Positions 28,755 through 33,823 of a stretch of DNA of 33,823 bases are shown here, piece after piece (the first letter of the stretch is position 1; each line of letters opens with the position of its first letter). This stretch comes from Thermodesulfobacteriota bacterium. Lineage in GTDB: Bacteria; Desulfobacterota_D; UBA1144. A model generated the notes under the pieces. The model was not told the origin of the DNA, ran no database searches, and saw nothing but the letters and a program-made list of their open reading frames with translations. The stretch spans positions 1 to 33,823 of the forward strand of contig JAQWMJ010000053.1 in NCBI GenBank assembly GCA_029246845.1, in the 5' to 3' direction. Both the position numbers and the translations under genes were made by a program.

Positions 28755-29966
28755 ATGTTTAAGAATCTAATTTTAGTAATTTTTACTGTAATAGTTTTCA
28801 GTATTAACCCTACAGTTTCTAATGCGAAAGATGATGCACATGAGGGACATGACCATTCAAGTCATGGAAGTTCTGATAAAAAGTTCTATATCCATGGTGG
28901 ATTTAAAGTGCACTTTGATACTATAATAGAGGCACATGAAAAGAAGGAAGAAGTTGATGAAGCTTATACCCATTCTCATCTACAGATAGGATATAACTTA
29001 AATAAAAATCTTTCTATACTCACAGATATCAAGATAGAAGGTGAATCAGGTGGGCACTCACATGGTGGTACTGCTACAGTCCCTGAGGATAAATTTTTTG
29101 AAGGCCATAAGCTCTTTATAAATAAGCTTATATTGTCTTATTCTACAGATAGTGGCATTACTCTTTATGGAGGAAAGTTTAATCCTTCAGTTGGCTTAGA
29201 CTATCATATATTTCCTGGAATATGGGGATATCAGAAAGCAGAAGAGTATGCAATAGTTGAAAGGCTGGGCTATGGAATAGCTTTAAAACAGAATTTTGAA
29301 GATTTAGGTACTCATAAATTAGATGTTTCTACTTTCTTCAAAGATACAACTTCATTAAGTAATTCTGTAATTACTGATAGAGGAAAAACGAAAAAATCTG
29401 ATGGTGGAGTTTCAAATACTCAGGACTTCTCATCATATTCTATCTCATTAGAAGGGAAGAATTTCTTCTCACTAAGTAATAACTTTGTAGATGGTCTTTC
29501 CTACAAATTAGGACATGCAAAACAGTACAAAGCTACAAAAAACCTGGGAAGTAATTCAGCAAATTCATCTGCCATTAATGATAATTCGGCTCTAACCAAT
29601 GATGAAAAGAGATCTTCAATTTCTTTGATGCATAAATCATTAATTGCTCCAAATTTAAGTATGAGAATACTTACCGAATTTATGAAGATTGAGCATTTAA
29701 CTGGCGAATATGGACATGATAGAGATTATATGACAACTGGTTTAGATTTTTATTATAAGAAGATGAATGTTGGCGGAACATATACTCAAGAAACTAATGA
29801 GGCAGCAGATGCAGACGAGGCAATAGATGATAAAGTTTACCAGGTCTCTTTAGGCTATCTAGTTAACAATAATTTACATCTTCATATAGGTTACAAGAAA
29901 GCTGACGAAGCAAATGAAATAAAACATAGGGTAGGCGCTATGATTGCCTATTATTTTGATATGTAA
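28755..29966 (+). CDS. His-rich exported protein, putative outer-membrane beta-barrel/porin
   Basis: Sec signal (..VSNA/KD), DAHEGHDHSSH and GGHSHGG tracts, many amphipathic strand-like segments ending in G-Y/aromatics (YQVSLGYLV, LHIGYKK, VGAMIAYYF); purine-rich SD. Confidence 0.7.
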   Translation: MFKNLILVIFTVIVFSINPTVSNAKDDAHEGHDHSSHGSSDKKFYIHGGFKVHFDTIIEAHEKKEEVDEAYTHSHLQIGYNLNKNLSILTDIKIEGESGGHSHGGTATVPEDKFFEGHKLFINKLILSYSTDSGITLYGGKFNPSVGLDYHIFPGIWGYQKAEEYAIVERLGYGIALKQNFEDLGTHKLDVSTFFKDTTSLSNSVITDRGKTKKSDGGVSNTQDFSSYSISLEGKNFFSLSNNFVDGLSYKLGHAKQYKATKNLGSNSANSSAINDNSALTNDEKRSSISLMHKSLIAPNLSMRILTEFMKIEHLTGEYGHDRDYMTTGLDFYYKKMNVGGTYTQETNEAADADEAIDDKVYQVSLGYLVNNNLHLHIGYKKADEANEIKHRVGAMIAYYFDM

Positions 29967-29979
29967 AATCAAATGCACG

Positions 29980-30217
29980 ATGCACCATTTATTGAAGAGT
30001 AAGCCAAACCAATACATTTTTGGAGCTGGTCTAATATTATTTTTTTATAATAATCTCTATCTTTATCAAAGAACATTATCTTATTCTTGTACTTATCTCT
30101 GAATTTTTTTGGGTTGCTGGCTTTGGAATGCTTTCAGTTAAATTGATTCCGAAATTGTTTCAAGCAAAGTCATTGGAGGAGAAAACTAAAAAAATACAAG
30201 AGTTTATAAAGAAATGA
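29980..30217 (+). pseudogene. Possible frameshifted small membrane-protein gene or gene remnant
   Basis: Removing one T from the T7 run at 30040-30046 joins MHHLLKSKPNQYIFGAGLILFF to IIISIFIKEHYLILVLISEFFWVAGFGMLSVKLIPKLFQAKSLEEKTKKIQEFIKK*, giving two TM-like segments. Confidence 0.35.
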
Positions 30218-30254
30218 AAAGATAAGATTTAATCAGAGTAACAGTGGGAAAGGA

Positions 30255-30743
30255 TTAGAACTTTCTAATGTTCTTAGAACGTTCTTTGGAAAAGAAGCCT
30301 CTTTTATTTCTTGCATCATCCCTTCTTGAGTCATTAGAAGTATTATTTTTGTCTTCTAATCCTAATGCGTCAAGAATATCTGTTGGAAGACCATTGTTCG
30401 ACATGCAAACATCATCCTTCCATATAGCCTCGAAGACTGAACCATCTGAGAATTTATATGTCCCTTTCCCTGACCTTTTTCCTTCTTCCCATAACCCAAA
30501 GTATTCATGGCCATTGCTATAAAGGAGAGTGCCTTCTCCATGTTGTTTGTTGTTTTTCCAATTCCCTGTATATTCCGACCCATCTCTGTAGTAATAAGTA
30601 CCTTCACCACTTCTTTTATCATCTTGCCAATTCCCAACGTATTTCTCATTGTTCTCATATACGCAAGTACCCAGGCCGCTTTTCATACCATTAGCTCCTA
30701 AATTGCCGGTATAATTTTTATTCTTTTTGGTAATTGTTGACAT
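30255..30743 (-). CDS. MORN-repeat protein
   Basis: Four to five 23-aa repeats (YVGNWQDDKRSGEGTYYYRDGSE, YTGNWKNNKQHGEGTLLYSNGHE, YFGLWEEGKRSGKGTYKFSDGSV); ATG 30743 preceded by SD GGAGGTGA. Confidence 0.9.
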   Translation of the reverse strand: MSTITKKNKNYTGNLGANGMKSGLGTCVYENNEKYVGNWQDDKRSGEGTYYYRDGSEYTGNWKNNKQHGEGTLLYSNGHEYFGLWEEGKRSGKGTYKFSDGSVFEAIWKDDVCMSNNGLPTDILDALGLEDKNNTSNDSRRDDARNKRGFFSKERSKNIRKF

Positions 30744-30783
30744 GCTGCTCACCTCCAAATGATTGAGCTAAAATAGAATATGA

Positions 30784-30825
30784 TTATTTTAACATAGGTT
30801 GATAAGGAAGGAATTGTTAAAATAA
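30784..30825. repeat. 11-bp perfect inverted repeat TTATTTTAACA-N20-TGTTAAAATAA
   Basis: Arms at 30784-30794 and 30815-30825 in the divergent MORN/tRNA-Leu spacer. Confidence 0.6.
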
Positions 30826-30887
30826 AAATTAACTTATAGCTTTTGTTAAACTCTGTATTCATGTACTATTCATAGATATTTTTGATT

Positions 30888-30971
30888 GCCCGGATGGCGA
30901 AATTGGTAGACGCAAGGGACTTAAAATCCCTCGGTAGCAATACCGTGCCGGTTCGAGTCCGGCTCTGGGCA
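30888..30971 (+). tRNA. tRNA-Leu(TAA)
   Basis: GCCCGGA/TCTGGGC acceptor stem, anticodon arm AGGGA-CTTAAAA-TCCCT, long variable arm CGGTA-GCAA-TACCG, GGTTCGAGTCC. Confidence 0.96.
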
Positions 30972-30972
30972 T

Positions 30973-31578
30973 TCAAGTATTAATTTGATTTTTTTTAAAT
31001 ATGATTGATACCCAAGAGGAATCTTTAAAAGTCTTTACAGGCAAAAGATTACACTCTTTTGCAAGAATAGAATATTTTTGCTCTTTCTCAGAATTAAAAC
31101 CAGAAATTATTAGGTACCCATTATTGGTTATTATATTAGAAATCTCTAAAAAATTATTTGGTAAAAATGATCCTGAAATGTTTGCAATTATCAGATCGTA
31201 GTAATATTTTTTATGGAGAGGATTTTGAATAAACCTTGGGTAATCAATCTTATTGTTGAAATTTGATTCAAAATTTAATATAGATTCATTTCTTGCATAC
31301 TCATCAATTTCACAAGCGTAAACTTTGGAAATTTCTAATTTTCTCATTAGAATTGATAATATCCCAGATCCCGAACCCAGATCTAATGCATTAGTAATGG
31401 AATTTTCTTTCTTACATAGAAACTTCAAAGCCTCAACTGATAATAATGTTGTTGAATGATTTGAGCCAAAAGAGCTTCCTTGATTTAGAAAGATTTCTAT
31501 GATTTTACTATTGCTTATATTAATTCTTACTATTTCATTTTTTAATCTTTCTTCGATGTACATATCTAAGGTTGTCAT
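30973..31578 (-). CDS. prmA: PrmA-like (ribosomal protein L11) SAM methyltransferase, catalytic domain only
   Basis: GSSFGSNHSTT (cf. GxAFGTGxHxTT), LDLGSGSGILSI, YDLIIANI, GYLIISGF, C-terminal W; 201 aa. Confidence 0.7.
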   Translation of the reverse strand: MTTLDMYIEERLKNEIVRINISNSKIIEIFLNQGSSFGSNHSTTLLSVEALKFLCKKENSITNALDLGSGSGILSILMRKLEISKVYACEIDEYARNESILNFESNFNNKIDYPRFIQNPLHKKYYYDLIIANISGSFLPNNFLEISNIITNNGYLIISGFNSEKEQKYSILAKECNLLPVKTFKDSSWVSIIFKKNQINT

Positions 31579-31620
31579 AATTTTATAATATTTAATAATT
31601 TTAAAAACTCAAAAACATTT

Positions 31621-31629
31621 TGGTATAAT
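31621..31629 (+). promoter_or_regulatory. Putative extended -10 promoter TGGTATAAT, 6 nt before ATG 31636 (leaderless type)
   Basis: TGGTATAATATTTTAATG with no SD. Confidence 0.6.
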
Positions 31630-31635
31630 ATTTTA

Positions 31636-31974
31636 ATGTTGCAATATTTGATAAAGTTTATTATATCTGCACTAGTTATAGTACTTGCATCAGAAATTGC
31701 AAAAAGAAGTACTGTTTTGTCCGCTATAATAATAGCTCTACCCCTGGTTTCTCTAATAACTTTTATTTGGATTTATGTTGAGAGTAAGAATATTGCAAGA
31801 ATAGCTAGATTAAGCGAAGAGATTTTATATTTTGGTCTAGCAACTGTTCCTTTATTCTTAATACTTCCTTATATGTTGAGAAGTGGATACTCCTTTATGT
31901 TTGCTATGGTTTTATCGTGCGTTGCATGTGCCTTAACAATGTTAGCGGTTAAGATTGTTTTTTTAAAAGGATAG
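31636..31974 (+). CDS. Small 4-TM membrane protein (DUF3147-like)
   Basis: IKFIISALVIVLASEIAKRS...ALPLVSL...IWIY.E pattern; hydrophobic throughout. Confidence 0.75.
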   Translation: MLQYLIKFIISALVIVLASEIAKRSTVLSAIIIALPLVSLITFIWIYVESKNIARIARLSEEILYFGLATVPLFLILPYMLRSGYSFMFAMVLSCVACALTMLAVKIVFLKG

Positions 31975-31985
31975 CTAAGTTAAAA

Positions 31986-32303
31986 TTAATTTTCTTCTTC
32001 TAAGTCTTCAAGACCTTCTTCGTCAAATTCATCAATTTCTTCTAATTCACCTAAATCATCTAGATCATCAATTTCTTCTAAGTCCTCAAATTCATCTTCA
32101 TCTTCAGTGTCATCCCCAGAATCAATTTCCTCTTCAATTTCTTCTTCATCTTCATCTGACTCTTCCCAGATATCATCGTCGTAGTCAATTTCTTCTTCTA
32201 AATCATCTAAGATTTCTTCTTCGAATTCCTTAAATTCTTCACCTCCACCTAATAAGTAAGAAAAGGAAATTTGACTATTTGATGAAAATTCATGCACTCT
32301 CAA
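31986..32303 (-). CDS. Extremely acidic low-complexity hypothetical protein
   Basis: TTG start with SD GGAGG; about 56 of 105 residues are D/E; codons vary, so this is not a simple DNA repeat. Confidence 0.75.
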   Translation of the reverse strand: MRVHEFSSNSQISFSYLLGGGEEFKEFEEEILDDLEEEIDYDDDIWEESDEDEEEIEEEIDSGDDTEDEDEFEDLEEIDDLDDLGELEEIDEFDEEGLEDLEEEN

Positions 32304-32452
32304 GTTAATCCTCCAGAAGTAATGAGTATAATTTAAAATATAGTTACCAGAACAAAAGTCAATAGAATTTTTTAGGTATTTTTATGCTTGGTTTATTTTT
32401 TAAAATGTATATTATTTAGGGGTAAGTATTTTGCTGTTAAAGAGGTAGTATT

Positions 32453-33661
32453 TTGGCAATATCAAAGATAGAAGATGCAATAAAGGATATAAAAAAAGGT
32501 AAGATGGTCATTCTTGTTGATGATCAAGATAGAGAAAATGAAGGAGATCTGATTGTTGCGGCAGAATTTGCTACTCCAGAGGTCATAAATTTCATGGCAA
32601 CCCATGGAAGAGGACTGATTTGTTTGTCTGTAGACACTCATAAAGCTAGGAAGCTTGATTTGTCCCCTGTAAACAAGCCGTCCAACGAAAATCTAGACTC
32701 AACAGCTTTTACGGTTTCTATCGATGCGAAGAAAGATGTAACAACAGGTATTTCTGCTCACGACAGATCCAGGACCGCAATACTGGTTTCTAAAGATTCC
32801 TCCTCTGCTTCAGATTTTGATAGACCAGGACACATGTTCCCTTTAGTAGCAAGAGACGGAGGTATTTTAGTTCGCGCAGGGCATACGGAAGCCTCTGTGG
32901 ACATATCTAGAATAGCTGGATTAAAACCGACCGCAGTCATTTGCGAGATTATGAATAATGATGGCTCAATGGCAAGACTAAAAGATTGTGAAAAATTTGC
33001 AAAAAAACATAAAATAAAGATTGCTACAATTGCTGACCTAATAAGCCATAGGTTACAAAAAGAATCTTTTGTTACTCAGTCTTCATCCTGCAACTTACCT
33101 ACTGATTATGGTGACTTTACTTGTCATTCGTTTGATAGCGAGATAGATGATAAAACTCATTTAGCTCTAGTTAAAGGTGAAATCAAATCTAACAAAGAAT
33201 ATTTAGTTAGAGTCCACTCAGAGTGTCTCACTGGTGATATGCTGGGCTCTAAGAGGTGTGATTGTGGTTCACAGTTACATAAAGCTTTAGAAATGATTGA
33301 AGAACAAGGTGAAGGTGTACTTTTATACCTTAAGCAAGAAGGTAGAGGTATAGGTATTAGCAAAAAAATTAAAGCTTATTCTTTGCAAGATGAAGGCTTA
33401 GATACAGTTGAGGCAAATCATGCCCTTGGTTTGGGAGAGGATTTAAGAGAGTACGGAACTGGCGCACAGATATTAAGAGATTTAGGAATAAAAAAAATTA
33501 GATTGTTAACTAATAATCCGAGGAAAGTTGCAGGCCTGGATGGTTTTGGTTTAAAGATAACAAAGACTGTTCCAATTGAAATAGCTCCTGGTAAAGAAAA
33601 CAAAAAATACCTTCAAGTTAAAAAAAATAAATTAGGACACAAGCTAAGTCTAGTAGAATAG
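32453..33661 (+). CDS. ribBA: Bifunctional DHBP synthase / GTP cyclohydrolase II
   Basis: [59 protein letters not shown] start with SD GAGGT. Confidence 0.97.
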   Translation: MAISKIEDAIKDIKKGKMVILVDDQDRENEGDLIVAAEFATPEVINFMATHGRGLICLSVDTHKARKLDLSPVNKPSNENLDSTAFTVSIDAKKDVTTGISAHDRSRTAILVSKDSSSASDFDRPGHMFPLVARDGGILVRAGHTEASVDISRIAGLKPTAVICEIMNNDGSMARLKDCEKFAKKHKIKIATIADLISHRLQKESFVTQSSSCNLPTDYGDFTCHSFDSEIDDKTHLALVKGEIKSNKEYLVRVHSECLTGDMLGSKRCDCGSQLHKALEMIEEQGEGVLLYLKQEGRGIGISKKIKAYSLQDEGLDTVEANHALGLGEDLREYGTGAQILRDLGIKKIRLLTNNPRKVAGLDGFGLKITKTVPIEIAPGKENKKYLQVKKNKLGHKLSLVE

Positions 33662-33670
33662 AATAGAAAG

Positions 33671-33823
33671 ATGAAAGATGATGAAAAAATAGATTCTGAT
33701 AAAGAATTAAATATATATATTGTAATCAGTACATTCTATAAAGACATATCGGGGAAACAGCTAGCTAATGCAAGAAAGATTCTAGATATAGAATTTGCCA
33801 CGGAAAAATTTAAAGTTAATGTA
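33671..33823 (+). CDS. ribH: 6,7-dimethyl-8-ribityllumazine synthase, 5' part (runs off window)
   Basis: Open frame MKDDEKIDSDKELNIYIVISTFYKDISGKQLANARKIL... resembles the RibH N-terminus (IxIVxxxFxxxI...L..A) and directly follows ribBA. Confidence 0.65.
   Translation, partial: MKDDEKIDSDKELNIYIVISTFYKDISGKQLANARKILDIEFATEKFKVNV

Noticed and set aside
29974..29997. NtrC-like half site TGCACCA
   Set aside because: The second half of the palindrome is missing and no sigma54 -24/-12 motif is nearby.
25709..30887. Active integrative element or prophage at tRNA-Cys or tRNA-Leu
   Set aside because: No integrase, transposase or phage gene, and I found no duplicated tRNA 3' end by eye.
31986..32240. 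Tandem repeat or CRISPR-like array (tcttc/tcatc-rich)
   Set aside because: The periodicity comes from GAA/GAT codons of the acidic ORF; there is no fixed repeat-spacer unit.
31986..32303. Acidic protein as a Pup/UBact-like modifier for the CDC48 ATPase
   Set aside because: No C-terminal GGE/GGQ/GE motif (it ends EEEN) and no ligase or proteasome genes in the window.
32304..32452. FMN riboswitch upstream of ribBA
   Set aside because: The 149-bp spacer is very AT-rich, is shared with a divergent gene and lacks the conserved RFN sequence blocks.
985..33603. Many 60-170 aa ORFs antisense to or nested in identified genes (e.g. 985-1245, 4096-4362, 7851-8273, 12166-12639, 21876-22388, 30268-30701, 33157-33363)
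   Set aside because: Shadow frames of well-supported genes, with Ser/Phe/Ile-rich antisense composition and no motifs.

Overview
AT-rich (roughly 30% GC by eye), tightly packed bacterial chromosome segment that is mostly housekeeping. It carries hom-ntrB-ntrC, recF-yqeY-pepF-rsmD-coaD-aspC, a CDC48/VCP-type AAA+ ATPase with a DUF1460 amidase and an orphan helical protein, an LLM oxidoreductase, a heterodimeric ABC exporter, mgtE-recO-argJ, a futalosine-route menaquinone cluster (UbiA/UbiX/UbiD-like, mqnE), a PhzF-family gene, ribBA, the start of ribH and six tRNAs (Ala-GGC, Pro-TGG, Arg-TCT, His-GTG, Cys-GCA, Leu-TAA). Gene content suggests a streamlined non-proteobacterial diderm, possibly Dadabacteria/Desulfobacterota-like; this is inference only. 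The most interesting part is a ~5 kb block between tRNA-Cys and tRNA-Leu. It holds a proteobacterial-type znuA<>zur-znuC-znuB locus with a perfect Zur box, followed by an unnamed His-rich, signal-peptide-bearing, beta-barrel-like 403-aa protein with its own Zur box over its -10 element, a candidate TonB-independent zinc porin. Other oddities are an in-frame amber stop in ntrC, a T9 frameshift at the 5' end of the PhzF gene, a 35-aa deletion in one ABC nucleotide-binding domain, a ~53% Asp/Glu small protein, and recurrent leaderless-type promoters. No CRISPR, rRNA, integrase or transposase was seen.
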